Assembly (NCBI GenBank): GCA_017465405.1 | Contig: JAFTWG010000001.1 | Span: 126,261 to 190,260 of the forward strand | Direction of reading: 5' to 3' | From: Alphaproteobacteria bacterium | GTDB lineage: Bacteria; Pseudomonadota; Alphaproteobacteria; RF32; CAG-239 | DNA length: 64,000 nucleotides | Shown: one piece after another, positions 20,389 to 30,185 of the stretch | Layout: every line of letters begins with the position of its first letter | Position numbering within the stretch: the first letter of the stretch is position 1 | The notes under the pieces: model-generated | What the model was told of the DNA's origin: nothing | Databases searched by the model: none | What the model saw: the letters and a program-made list of their open reading frames with translations, nothing else | Program-made: the position numbers and the translations under genes

Positions 20389-21201
20389 ATGAAAACTAAA
20401 TATATTGCTGCTGCCGTCTTGGCTTTAACATTGCTCAACCCTCTAAACGCAAGCGCAGAAGGAAAGAATGGTGTTGCTGCTGTTGTAAATGGCGAAAAAG
20501 TTACTGTTGCCGAAATTAAGAAAATTTATGACAACACTCCGCAAATTAATACTCAGGAAAAATGGGACGTTTTCTATCCTAAAGCTCTCAATGCGTGGGT
20601 GGACAGCAAATTGGTTCAACAAGCCGCTAACAAATCTGATGTAAAAAAATCTAAAGAGTTCAAAGAACAAGTAGAACTTTTCTCTAACGATTTGGCCAGC
20701 AGATTATATTTGAAACAAGAAGTTGAGAAAAAAATCAACAATAATGACCTCAAAAATCTTTATAACCAATATAAGACAAACTTTGTTTCCGAAAAAGAAA
20801 TGAAAGCTCGTCACATTTTGGTTGATAACGAAGCTACCGCTAATGACATTATCAAAAAAATCAAAAAAGGCGAAAAATTTGATGAATTAGCTAAAAAATA
20901 TTCTAAAGAAAAAAGAGCTGACCTCGGTTGGTTTACCAAAAATATGATGGTTCCTGATTTTGGTAATGCCGCTTTTGCTATGAAAAAAGGCGAGCTTTCA
21001 CAAAAACCGGTTAAAACACAATTCGGTTACCACATTATTTTGGTTGATGACCTTCGTGATTCTAAACCTTTGTCTTATGAACAAGCCGAACCACAATTAA
21101 AAGGCATTCTCGCACAAGAAGCCATTAAAGGGGTTATGGGTAACATTGTAAAAGGTGCAAAAATCGAAAAATATACTCTTGACGGTAAAGAAGCTAAATA
21201 G
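20389..21201 (+). CDS. secreted parvulin-type peptidyl-prolyl cis-trans isomerase (PpiC/SurA-like)
   Basis: Signal peptide and a rotamase core 'ARHILV...LGWFTKNMMVPDFGNAAF...FGYHIILV'. Confidence 0.75.
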   Translation: MKTKYIAAAVLALTLLNPLNASAEGKNGVAAVVNGEKVTVAEIKKIYDNTPQINTQEKWDVFYPKALNAWVDSKLVQQAANKSDVKKSKEFKEQVELFSNDLASRLYLKQEVEKKINNNDLKNLYNQYKTNFVSEKEMKARHILVDNEATANDIIKKIKKGEKFDELAKKYSKEKRADLGWFTKNMMVPDFGNAAFAMKKGELSQKPVKTQFGYHIILVDDLRDSKPLSYEQAEPQLKGILAQEAIKGVMGNIVKGAKIEKYTLDGKEAK

Positions 21202-21217
21202 TCAAGATGGCACTTAC

Positions 21218-21247
21218 GAAAAAACTCCGCTGATTAGCGGAGTTTTT
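21218..21247. terminator. hairpin 'aaaaaactccgctgattagcggagtttttt'
   Basis: Inverted repeat. Its core 'ccgctgattagcgg' is identical to the hairpin at 15607-15640. Confidence 0.55.
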
Positions 21248-21653
21248 TCATTTCTGATAACTTGTTATTGATATATTCTTTTCTTTTTGCCGACAGATGA
21301 GTTTTTTCGAGATGTTGTTCCAAAATATTTCTTATTTCTTCTCTATATTTTGCGGAAGATTTTGCAATTTTAGTCAGATAAAAAACCGCACCTTCAAAAA
21401 TCTGGTCATGTTTATCGTCAAGTTGCGGAACAATTTTTTTATATGGAGGATTGGTATTTGTTCCTTTTTTAGAAGTTCTTTTTTCAAACACCAATTTTTG
21501 AATTTCTCTTGCTGCGTTTTCGTTCATTGCTAAACGTTTGCGAGAAAAAAGTCCCGTTCTGTTTATCATTGACGACAATCGTTTAATTAAATTTTCCATC
21601 TGTCCTCCTCTATACTTTTCAAGAACATAATCGATAAAATTTAAAATTTCCAT
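21234..21653 (-). CDS. hypothetical protein (139 aa)
   Basis: ORF only. Confidence 0.3.
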   Translation of the reverse strand: MEILNFIDYVLEKYRGGQMENLIKRLSSMINRTGLFSRKRLAMNENAAREIQKLVFEKRTSKKGTNTNPPYKKIVPQLDDKHDQIFEGAVFYLTKIAKSSAKYREEIRNILEQHLEKTHLSAKRKEYINNKLSEMKKLR

Positions 21654-21717
21654 AAAAAAGATACTTGAATTTTTATTTTATTTTTTTAAGATATCAAAAA
21701 ATTATAAGGAAACTGAC

Positions 21718-22080
21718 ATGAAAAAGATTTTTTATTCATTTATTGCCATAATATTAATGATTACCGCTTGCGGAAAAGACAAATATGAAACCGCTGATAT
21801 TTTGATATTTACCCAGCAAGGATGTAGCCATTGTGAAAATGCGGTAGAATTTATCAACAATCGCATATTACCGAAAAATCCTGAACTTAAATTTGTAGAA
21901 GTTGACATCACTTATGATAGCAAAAATATACAAATATTAAAAAAATTCCTGACTAAATATAATTTCAAAGGTAACGAAATCGGAACTCCGATTATCATTT
22001 TCAACAACCAATTATTGATGGGTTGGAACATCAAAAACAAAGTAAAATTACAAAAAACTTTTGAATTTGATAAAGACTAA
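21718..22080 (+). CDS. thioredoxin/glutaredoxin-fold lipoprotein (CxxC)
   Basis: Lipobox 'ITAC', then 'FTQQGCSHCENAVEF' CxxC in a glutaredoxin-like context. Confidence 0.45.
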   Translation: MKKIFYSFIAIILMITACGKDKYETADILIFTQQGCSHCENAVEFINNRILPKNPELKFVEVDITYDSKNIQILKKFLTKYNFKGNEIGTPIIIFNNQLLMGWNIKNKVKLQKTFEFDKD

Positions 22081-23207
22081 TAAGTTTTTTGCAATATTTT
22101 AGCAACATCGGCAGCACTCATATTGCTTTGCGAGGCTTGTGAGTGCTGTTCTTTTGTTGGAGCAATGTCTTCTTTTGCGGTTTCTCTTTGAGCCTTCTTT
22201 GTCGCAATTTTAATATCCCCGAGTTTTGCCCCCAGTTTATTGAAAAACTCTCCATCCAAGGTTTTTCCTTGTTCAAGATATTCTTTATATAAAGGATATA
22301 TCTTAGGGGCTAAACGGTTCGCCGCATCAAAACCGTGATACCATTCCCTATCCGGATTATCTAAAGGAGAAACTCCTGTTCTTTTTTCATCCATCAACGC
22401 AGACGAACAAGCAGCAAAAGCTTCATCAAGTGCAGCCAATCCTTGAGCTCCTCTAACCTGACCTTGAGGACAGGCCTTTATATATTCATCCATAACATTA
22501 ACGACTTCTCGCATTTTTCCCTTTGCTTCGCCATTAATTATGTCTTTTTTGATTTGTGAACGTGCAAAAATATGGTGAGTTGCCTCGTGTAAAGGAGTAC
22601 TTATCTTATTTTCTCCTACCGTAGAATTTCCGACATAACTTTTTGAGCTTAATTGATAAGAAGGAAAGTTTTGATAAAAACCGGAACTTGTACACATCCC
22701 GTCATATAGCGGAATATTTGGAGAAGGATTGATATAGCCGATCAATTTATCCGTTTTTTCATCTACTCCAAAAAATTTATATAATTTGCTTACATCTTCC
22801 GTATAACCTAATTTTTCGTCTGCTTGTATACCATTCAAAGTTACTAAATTAGAAGCCATAGTCAGTTCTGCGGACTTATAAAACTCGTGATATGCACCGA
22901 AAGCCTTTTGCAAGTTAGGAGTAATTTTTTCCATATCTTCTTTTGAAATATCTAGATGTAACGACATACTTTGAGCAAAATCATCTATATTTTGAATTTG
23001 ACCGTTTTGAATATCTTTTCCGAGCAATGACAGTTTTTGAATTTTTCCGCCTATTCCTTTGGGATAACAGCCTTTTATCGCCTCAATATCCTGATTTTCA
23101 AAGCTTTTGAGATATGTATCAAATTGCGGCTGCCCATAGGCAGATAAAGTTTCTTGCCACATAAAGTAGAAGCTCATCATCTCATTTGCCTGAAACTCAA
23201 TCGCCAT
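22077..23207 (-). CDS. hypothetical protein with HExxH motif (putative zinc metallopeptidase, no signal peptide)
   Basis: 'TPLHEATHHIF' with a candidate third ligand Glu about 30 aa downstream ('NVMDEY'). Confidence 0.4.
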   Translation of the reverse strand: MAIEFQANEMMSFYFMWQETLSAYGQPQFDTYLKSFENQDIEAIKGCYPKGIGGKIQKLSLLGKDIQNGQIQNIDDFAQSMSLHLDISKEDMEKITPNLQKAFGAYHEFYKSAELTMASNLVTLNGIQADEKLGYTEDVSKLYKFFGVDEKTDKLIGYINPSPNIPLYDGMCTSSGFYQNFPSYQLSSKSYVGNSTVGENKISTPLHEATHHIFARSQIKKDIINGEAKGKMREVVNVMDEYIKACPQGQVRGAQGLAALDEAFAACSSALMDEKRTGVSPLDNPDREWYHGFDAANRLAPKIYPLYKEYLEQGKTLDGEFFNKLGAKLGDIKIATKKAQRETAKEDIAPTKEQHSQASQSNMSAADVAKILQKTY

Positions 23208-23648
23208 TTATAAAACTCCACCAAACAATTAAGTTTATTTTATCACACAAATTTAGACAAAACAAGATATTAAATTTTACATTCTCGCATAAGTAATATT
23301 TTTCTCTTTATTTTTGCTAATATTTGTTTTATGCTCACAGACAGATGCAGACAATAGTTTGTATTTAGTACCTAAAAAACGGTACGGGGCTTTCATCGGC
23401 TCTTACATTGTTCGGTGTTAGGGTATAACATCGTCATATTGTTAGTTGTTAATCTCCTCTAACAGTAAATATATCCCCGATTGAAATGGTTATTAACTTT
23501 TTTGGTCGGGGAGCTTTTAGCGTATGTTCAGAAGATTACCACTTTAAAGGCTATAAGAATCATTTAACAATGTATGATTGATGAACTCTCCGACCACCTC
23601 AAAAAAGGTGGTTTTATTTTATTTAACTAAATTTGGAGAATAAATCAT

Positions 23649-24053
23649 ATGAAAAAATTAATACTAATATTAATGATTGTAGCTATTTTGCCCGGATGTG
23701 CTACAATAATTAAAGGAAAAACTAAAGATATCAATATATTAACCAATACAGGGGAAGAAGCCGTAGTTGATGTTGTATCTGCTTCTGGTGTTCAAACTGT
23801 TACAATTCCATCAGTTGTAAATGTTAAAAAAGATAACAGACCGATAACTATTACAGTTAAAGGGGATAAATGTCACAGGGCAACAACCACTATAGTACCA
23901 GAAAAAGTAGAATTATGGACTATAGCTAATGTTTTCCTGTATGTATTTGATTTAACAGGAACAACAACAGATGCCTCAACTGGTGCTATGTGGGATTATG
24001 ATGACAGTATCGTAGTACCCGTATATCAAAAAAATGGCTGTTCATCTAGATAA
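23649..24053 (+). CDS. small lipoprotein (134 aa)
   Basis: 'ILPGCAT' lipobox after a hydrophobic signal. Confidence 0.4.
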   Translation: MKKLILILMIVAILPGCATIIKGKTKDINILTNTGEEAVVDVVSASGVQTVTIPSVVNVKKDNRPITITVKGDKCHRATTTIVPEKVELWTIANVFLYVFDLTGTTTDASTGAMWDYDDSIVVPVYQKNGCSSR

Positions 24054-25602
24054 AATTATTTTAAGCCTTTTAAGTATTGTATATATCAATAATGCTTATG
24101 CTCAATATGATTTTGATTTACAAAATGATATATACAAATCTTCTGATTGGCATAATTTATTGCATTATGAGAAAGGAAAAAGTGTTATCGATAAAAATAG
24201 CGCATTTTTCCTTTCTCCCGAAGGATATAAAAATCCTAAAGCAGAATATATTGCCACAATCAAAGAATTTTTAAATACAGATAACTTAAACGACAAACAT
24301 GCAATTTGTCGTTATCCGGCAAGATTTAACTATATTTTGCAAACATTAAATTTGTCTGACGATAAATTTCCTAAACCTAATTGCTACGATTATACAGAAT
24401 ATAAAAACAAAGTTCCTTTCGAAAAAATATCCATAATTTTTGCTGCCGAAAACAATATCAGTCCGTCAACAATGCTCGGACATTCGTTTTTAAAAATTGA
24501 AGGGCAAAATAAAGCTCACTCTTTCAGCTATTTTGCCGCTTTTGATACAACTAATTCTCTCAATTTTTATACCAAAGTATTAACTTCCGGTATCGATGGT
24601 ATGTATATATTATCCCCTTATAGAGTAAAACAAAACGAATATATAAATAAAGAAAAACGCTCATTATGGGAGTTTGAACTACAATTAAATGAAAACGAAA
24701 AAGAAAAGCTAAAGGCTCATTTATGGGAATTAAAAGATAAAAATATAAAATATAAATTTGTTTCCCATAACTGTAACACGGCTCTAATCAATATCTTAAA
24801 AACTGCAAATAGCAATTTTTCGTCCGGTAACATAAAACCTTTTATAACACCGGTAGAATATATTCAAGAATTGCAAGACAAAGACAAAATAAGCAACATA
24901 AGTATTGAACCATCAGTATCTCAAAAAAAAGCCATACAAAAATTCGGATTAAATTATGTCGGAAATGCCCCTAAACCTATGCGATTTTCTTTTTCTCAAG
25001 ATTTATCTAACAATATAAGCAATATAAATTTCAGTCCGGTATATCAAGATATAAGAGATATTTCCAATGCTTATTTTCCCGATTTAGAAAGCAAAATGCT
25101 TGATTTATCGTTCAATTATTACAATGCAAAAAAGAAATTTGTAATTGATAAAATTGATATATTAAAAATGCAATCCGTTATTGATTATCAAACGACGGGC
25201 AGCTTGTCTAAATATTTTCGTTTAGGTTTCGAGAACAATCTGTTTTCAAATAAAAATTCTATCAAACCAGTTGTAGAACTTGGATTGGGAATAGGAAAGA
25301 AAATTGCTTCAACCACTTTTTATATCTTACCTAAAATAGGATATCACTATGATAATTTTTCAAATTTTTATATAAATCCTCAAGTCGGTTTTATATCAAG
25401 AATAAATGATAAAACAAAGCTTTTATTTTCTTATGAAAAATATTTTAACAGCAATAAAAATAACATCGAATTTGAAGAAAAATATAACTTGTATTTAGGC
25501 TATAAAATATTTGAAAATACTGAAATGTATATTGACTACTCCCATTTTTATAATGCCAGAAACAGTGAAGCACTAACAACCGGTGTAACATTTCATTTTT
25601 AA
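24034..25602 (+). CDS. secreted/outer-membrane protein, possibly Lnb/DUF4105-like N-domain with C-terminal beta-barrel
   Basis: Signal peptide 'NNAYAQ' and a C-terminus ending 'TTGVTFHF', which is OMP-like. The family call is from memory only. Confidence 0.35.
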   Translation: MAVHLDKIILSLLSIVYINNAYAQYDFDLQNDIYKSSDWHNLLHYEKGKSVIDKNSAFFLSPEGYKNPKAEYIATIKEFLNTDNLNDKHAICRYPARFNYILQTLNLSDDKFPKPNCYDYTEYKNKVPFEKISIIFAAENNISPSTMLGHSFLKIEGQNKAHSFSYFAAFDTTNSLNFYTKVLTSGIDGMYILSPYRVKQNEYINKEKRSLWEFELQLNENEKEKLKAHLWELKDKNIKYKFVSHNCNTALINILKTANSNFSSGNIKPFITPVEYIQELQDKDKISNISIEPSVSQKKAIQKFGLNYVGNAPKPMRFSFSQDLSNNISNINFSPVYQDIRDISNAYFPDLESKMLDLSFNYYNAKKKFVIDKIDILKMQSVIDYQTTGSLSKYFRLGFENNLFSNKNSIKPVVELGLGIGKKIASTTFYILPKIGYHYDNFSNFYINPQVGFISRINDKTKLLFSYEKYFNSNKNNIEFEEKYNLYLGYKIFENTEMYIDYSHFYNARNSEALTTGVTFHF

Positions 25603-25668
25603 AAAATATCCCGAAAATTGCTTTATCAATTTTCGGGGTATTTCTCATGTCCAAACTTTTGGAAATGT

Positions 25669-26583
25669 TCATTTTTGTGTGCCTTTTATAAAATCTAGCA
25701 CATCACTCCATACTTTTTGTTTGCCTACTTCATTTAATACTTCGTGTCTCATTTTCGGATAAATCAAAGAGCTTACATTTTGATACCCTACTTTGTGCAT
25801 AAAATTAACCGCATTGTAAAATTTTTGCTCAGAAATCATACAAGCGTCATCGGAACCGGAAATAAAGAGAATGGGCATCGTCGGTTGAGAAACTTTCCAC
25901 CCTTTGTGGCAATAGGTTTCTCCCATCATCTTCATAAGATTGTTCGCTCCGTTCATTGTAAATCTGAAATTGCACAGAGGATTCTCTCGTACACTTTTTC
26001 GCGCCTCAGGGTCGGAACAAGTCCAAGCCTGTGTTCCCTCTGATACAAACTTTTTGTTATAAACATCGGATGTAAACATCTGAATCAATTTAGAACGAGA
26101 ACGACCAAACCCCGTTAAACAAGCAATTCCGGTCAAAAAACGTCCGACAACAGATAATGGATTCCAACTGGGACTGCCGCAAACTATCAAACCGGACAAG
26201 GTTGAATCGTTTTGCTTTGCATATACCCTCGCTGCTAATGAACCCATACTGTGACCGAGAAGATAATAAGGTAATCCGCAAAATTCCTTTAGTCCCCAGT
26301 CAACTATGGTTTTGATGTCAGCAACAAGTGCCTTGTAGCCGCCCGAATAGAAATATCCGAGATCGTTTATATCCTTAACACTCTCTCCGTGACCACGAAG
26401 ATCGGCAGCGATACAAACAATACCATTATCCGAAAGAAAATTCATTAGCGGTCTGAACCTTTCTTTACATCCACACATTCCATGCACAAGCTGAATAACG
26501 GCCAAAGGTTTATCCTTCGGTAGGCTTACCGCAACAGCAAGACTCAGGTCGTCATAACCTGATTTCAATGTGAAACTTTTCAT
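25669..26583 (-). CDS. alpha/beta hydrolase (lysophospholipase/monoacylglycerol lipase-like)
   Basis: Nucleophile elbow 'GHSMGS' and an HGxxG-like 'VHGMCG'. Confidence 0.7.
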   Translation of the reverse strand: MKSFTLKSGYDDLSLAVAVSLPKDKPLAVIQLVHGMCGCKERFRPLMNFLSDNGIVCIAADLRGHGESVKDINDLGYFYSGGYKALVADIKTIVDWGLKEFCGLPYYLLGHSMGSLAARVYAKQNDSTLSGLIVCGSPSWNPLSVVGRFLTGIACLTGFGRSRSKLIQMFTSDVYNKKFVSEGTQAWTCSDPEARKSVRENPLCNFRFTMNGANNLMKMMGETYCHKGWKVSQPTMPILFISGSDDACMISEQKFYNAVNFMHKVGYQNVSSLIYPKMRHEVLNEVGKQKVWSDVLDFIKGTQK

Positions 26584-26690
26584 AGGTAATAATTTATAAG
26601 TGATATTAGAATAGACAGAATTTTAAACAAAATCCCAATCCGTGTCAACAAAAAAGCGATGAAATATTGATTTTATACCTATGATATTTA

Positions 26691-29012
26691 TTAATGACGG
26701 CGCATTACTAAAAGACCTGTTCTTGTTCTCATATACTCTTTTTTAACCCCATTTTGTCTAATGATTTCCGCAATATCATCATATCCTTTTGTTACAGCAT
26801 ATAACATTGCCGTAGACCCATAATTACTTTCCGCATTAACATCGGCACCTTTAGATAAAAGTAATTCAACAATTTCTTTTTTCCCATCATACGATGCCTT
26901 CATCAATGCAGTATCGCCATTATCATCTTTAGCATTAATATCTGCTCCTTTTGATAAAAGTAATTCAACAATTTCTTTATGTCCGTTTGACGATGCATAT
27001 GTCAATGCAGTATAGCCATTATTACTAGCTTTAGCATTAATATCTGCTCCTTTTGATAAAAGTAATTCAACAACTTCTTTTTTTCCGCTCAACGATGCCA
27101 TTATCAATGCAGTACCAACATCATCATTAGCATTAATATCTGCTCCTTTTGATAAAAGTAATTCAACAACTTCTTTTTTTCCATTCAACGATGCAAACAT
27201 TAATGCAGTAAAGCCAGCTTTAGATTTAGCATTAATATCCGCACCTTTAGATAAAAGTAATTCAACAATTTCTTTATATCCTCGACCTGAAGCAGACATT
27301 AATGTGGTATTCCCATCATTCGCTATCACATTAATATTCGTACCTTTAGATAAAAGTAATTCAGCGATTTCTTTATATCCGTCCAGTAAAGCAAGGAAAA
27401 AAGCAGTATACCCATCATTATTTTTCGCATCAACATCAGCACCTTTTGATACAAGAAATTCAACAAATTCTTTATTTCCTAAAGTTGTAGCAAGTATCAA
27501 TGCTGTTTTACCTTCATTATTTTTTGAATTAATATTTGCTCCGCTGTTAATTTCTTTTTCTATATCCTCAAATGTTCGACCGTTTAACCATTCAATATTT
27601 GCGAGTGTATCAGCACTTTTTAAGCACGTGGTACGATCTTCATTTTCTTTACATCTATATAATTCCTTAAAATAACAAGGCTCAAGATATGGATTTGTTT
27701 TTCCAATATTTAATGTACCATAAATGCTAACAGATACTTTTTCGCCTTTAGTGGCTTTTTCTAATTTTTCAGATTCTTCTATACTCATTATACAAGGCAG
27801 AATTTCTGATATATCATAATATGTAATACTATCATAATTATCATTAAATTTCATTATATGAAAATCTTTAATTAGAATATTTTTACCATCATATTTGTCT
27901 GAAGTTCTTTTTCGCCCTCCCGGACTTTCTAAATCTGCGATAATACATCCAAATCCTTTACAAGCCCCTCGAACTCCAGGAATTACCATATCAAATGTAT
28001 AATCTATCTTTGATTTTTTATCTGAAGTATCATCTTCTGAAAATGATAAACGGCTATTAGCATAAACATCACACACTTCCTTTTTTTCCTCTATGTGTTT
28101 AAAAACATTTATAATTTTTTGAATATCATCTTTTTCTAATATATTTAATGGAAAACCATTTATAATTAAGCTTGTAACATTTGTAATTTGGTTTTTGACC
28201 ACAGCTTTATCTGATGGCACTATTTCTGTATTATTATCGGGCTGTGTACTATTAAGGTTAAATTTTTCTTTAATATGATTTAATTTACTATCTAAATCAC
28301 TATCGTTAAAATCAATTTCCATCAATTCTTTATAAACTTCATATGAGTTTTTTCCATTTTGGGAAGCTATCAAAATATCTATAGCTTTTTTAGTATATGT
28401 GTTATCAGTCTCCAGTGGTCTAAATACAAATTTTACATCAGGGTTATCTTGGATTAAGCTATTCAATACAGGGAAAAGTTTTTTTGAATATGGACAGTAA
28501 AAATCAAAAAATTCTGTAATAACAACTTTGGCATCATCTGGACCTACAACTATTCCATTATCATCATTTTCCAGAATCTTTATTTTTTCATTATTTAATT
28601 TTTTAAGATAGTCAGATTTATCTGGTGTCTGGATAATATTAACAACATTTGTTATTTTACAATTTTTGCCATTAGATAAGTTTAATTCTTCTTTCACCTC
28701 TCCGTTCTCGTATTTTGAAAGTAAATTGCCATTTAACACACCATCAATATAATTTGCTTCAATTTCAATTCCACCAGATGGAAAATATGAAGTAAACTTA
28801 CCATTTCTTTTTCCATCTTTATATAATACAACTTTTTCTAATACTTCATTATTATATTTTTTTACAATACCCGTAATCGGTTTTTGTTTTTTGTCATAAC
28901 ATATATTATCCGTATTACAGATAATATCATTATAATTATATTCTTTATCACCACATCCACAAAGTGTTGACAATACAGAAAGCATTAAAAGTGTTTTGTG
29001 TCCGAGTTTCAT
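26691..29012 (-). CDS. multidomain lipoprotein-signal protein: MORN/YwqK-like repeats + DsbA-like (CxxS) thioredoxin domain + 8-9 ankyrin repeats
   Basis: N-terminal 'LSTLCGCG'. MORN-like 'YKDGKRNGKFTSYFPSGG...NYIDGVLNG'. 'VVITEFFDFYCPYSKKLFPVLN...FVFRPL' is homologous to the DsbA at 48156-48884. The C-terminus has highly similar 33-aa ANK units 'GKKEVVELLLSKGADINAK'. Confidence 0.7.
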   Translation of the reverse strand: MKLGHKTLLMLSVLSTLCGCGDKEYNYNDIICNTDNICYDKKQKPITGIVKKYNNEVLEKVVLYKDGKRNGKFTSYFPSGGIEIEANYIDGVLNGNLLSKYENGEVKEELNLSNGKNCKITNVVNIIQTPDKSDYLKKLNNEKIKILENDDNGIVVGPDDAKVVITEFFDFYCPYSKKLFPVLNSLIQDNPDVKFVFRPLETDNTYTKKAIDILIASQNGKNSYEVYKELMEIDFNDSDLDSKLNHIKEKFNLNSTQPDNNTEIVPSDKAVVKNQITNVTSLIINGFPLNILEKDDIQKIINVFKHIEEKKEVCDVYANSRLSFSEDDTSDKKSKIDYTFDMVIPGVRGACKGFGCIIADLESPGGRKRTSDKYDGKNILIKDFHIMKFNDNYDSITYYDISEILPCIMSIEESEKLEKATKGEKVSVSIYGTLNIGKTNPYLEPCYFKELYRCKENEDRTTCLKSADTLANIEWLNGRTFEDIEKEINSGANINSKNNEGKTALILATTLGNKEFVEFLVSKGADVDAKNNDGYTAFFLALLDGYKEIAELLLSKGTNINVIANDGNTTLMSASGRGYKEIVELLLSKGADINAKSKAGFTALMFASLNGKKEVVELLLSKGADINANDDVGTALIMASLSGKKEVVELLLSKGADINAKASNNGYTALTYASSNGHKEIVELLLSKGADINAKDDNGDTALMKASYDGKKEIVELLLSKGADVNAESNYGSTAMLYAVTKGYDDIAEIIRQNGVKKEYMRTRTGLLVMRRH
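26780..27480. repeat. tandem ~99-bp nucleotide repeats inside the ankyrin gene
   Basis: 'agcattaatatctgctccttttgataaaagtaattcaacaa' recurs near 26932, 27032, 27130 and 27228. Confidence 0.7.
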
Positions 29013-29229
29013 TTTACATCTCCATAAAAGCCCATTTATGGCGATGCTAATTAATTATATTCATATCATTTTATATAAAATTCATAATTTCCAACAATTC
29101 TGTGGATTTATAGTCCTTTTTTATTTAAATTTTAACATTTTCCCCTTATTCTCAGGCTATATAATCTAAATGGGCATCTATTTTATATATCCTTGATAAA
29201 TAATAATACAATTTATCAAGGATTTAGTT

Positions 29230-29835
29230 ATGACAATTTATGCTTATATCAGGGTCAGTTCAGACCAACAGAACTGTGCTAATCAGAAATATAGTTTGGA
29301 TGAATATGCTGCTAAAAATAAAATTAAAATCAATGAATATATAGAAGAAACCATATCTTCAAGAAAGCATCTAAAAGATAGAAAATTAGGTAAATTATTG
29401 GATAAAATTGGTGAACAAGACCTAATCATCACCACTGAAATCTCAAGACTTGGAAGGAATATGCTTGAAGTAATGGGGATTCTCCAACAATGCTTGGAAA
29501 AAGAATGTGAAATCATTACTATAAAGGAAAATTACCATCTTGGTGCTGATATTCAGTCAAAAGTGCTTGCATTTGCATTCTCTCTTGCTGCTGAAATTGA
29601 AAGGCAACTTATCTCCCAAAGAACCAAGGAGTGTCTTAAAAGATTAAAAAATGAAGGCAAACATTTAGGAAGACCATATGGGTTTACATATAAAAAATTA
29701 AAAAAGAAGCATAATAAAATAAAAGAATTATTGGATAAAAATGTATCCAAGGCAGAAATATCAAGATTGATGGGATGCACTTGGTCCACACTTCATAGAT
29801 ACATCAATGAGTTTATAAAAGTAAAAGAACCATAG
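29230..29835 (+). CDS. serine recombinase (resolvase/invertase family) with C-terminal HTH
   Basis: 'IYAYIRVSSDQQ' catalytic Ser motif, 'EISRLGRN', and a C-terminal 'SKAEISRLMGCTWSTLHRY' HTH. Confidence 0.8.
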   Translation: MTIYAYIRVSSDQQNCANQKYSLDEYAAKNKIKINEYIEETISSRKHLKDRKLGKLLDKIGEQDLIITTEISRLGRNMLEVMGILQQCLEKECEIITIKENYHLGADIQSKVLAFAFSLAAEIERQLISQRTKECLKRLKNEGKHLGRPYGFTYKKLKKKHNKIKELLDKNVSKAEISRLMGCTWSTLHRYINEFIKVKEP

Positions 29836-29904
29836 ATTGCTCTATACTCCTAATTAATATTTTTTATAACTTTTTACCTTTGCCCCCAACTTTGACGATG
29901 AACC

Positions 29905-29933
29905 AACAAAAAACCGCCGAAATCGGCGGTTTT
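29905..29933. terminator. hairpin 'aaaaaccgccgaaatcggcggttttt'
   Basis: Inverted repeat with A/T flanks, between the recombinase and tRNA-Asp. Confidence 0.55.
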
Positions 29934-29937
29934 TAAG

Positions 29938-30014
29938 TGGCGGGAGTGACGAGGCTCGAACTCGCGACCTCCTGCGTGACAGGCAGGCGCTCTAACCAAC
30001 TGAGCTACACCCCC
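29938..30014 (-). tRNA. tRNA-Asp (GUC)
   Basis: Reverse complement reads 'GGGGGTGTAGCTCAGTTGGTTAGAGCGCCTGCCTGTCACGCAGGAGGTCGCGAGTTCGAGCCTCGTCACTCCCGCCA'. Anticodon stem cctgc/gcagg with loop ctGTCac, T-loop TTCGAGC, and an encoded CCA. Confidence 0.8.
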
Positions 30015-30185
30015 ACATAATTCGCTATCCTTATAACCAACATTTTTTATATTTGCAAGTGTTTTTTTTATTTTTTTTCATTTTTTTTATAAAATTAACA
30101 TTACCGTAATTTTTATCTGGTATTTTTTTATACGTTGTGCTAGAGTGCAACGTCGATAATTTTTTGATAATTAAAGGATAAAACT

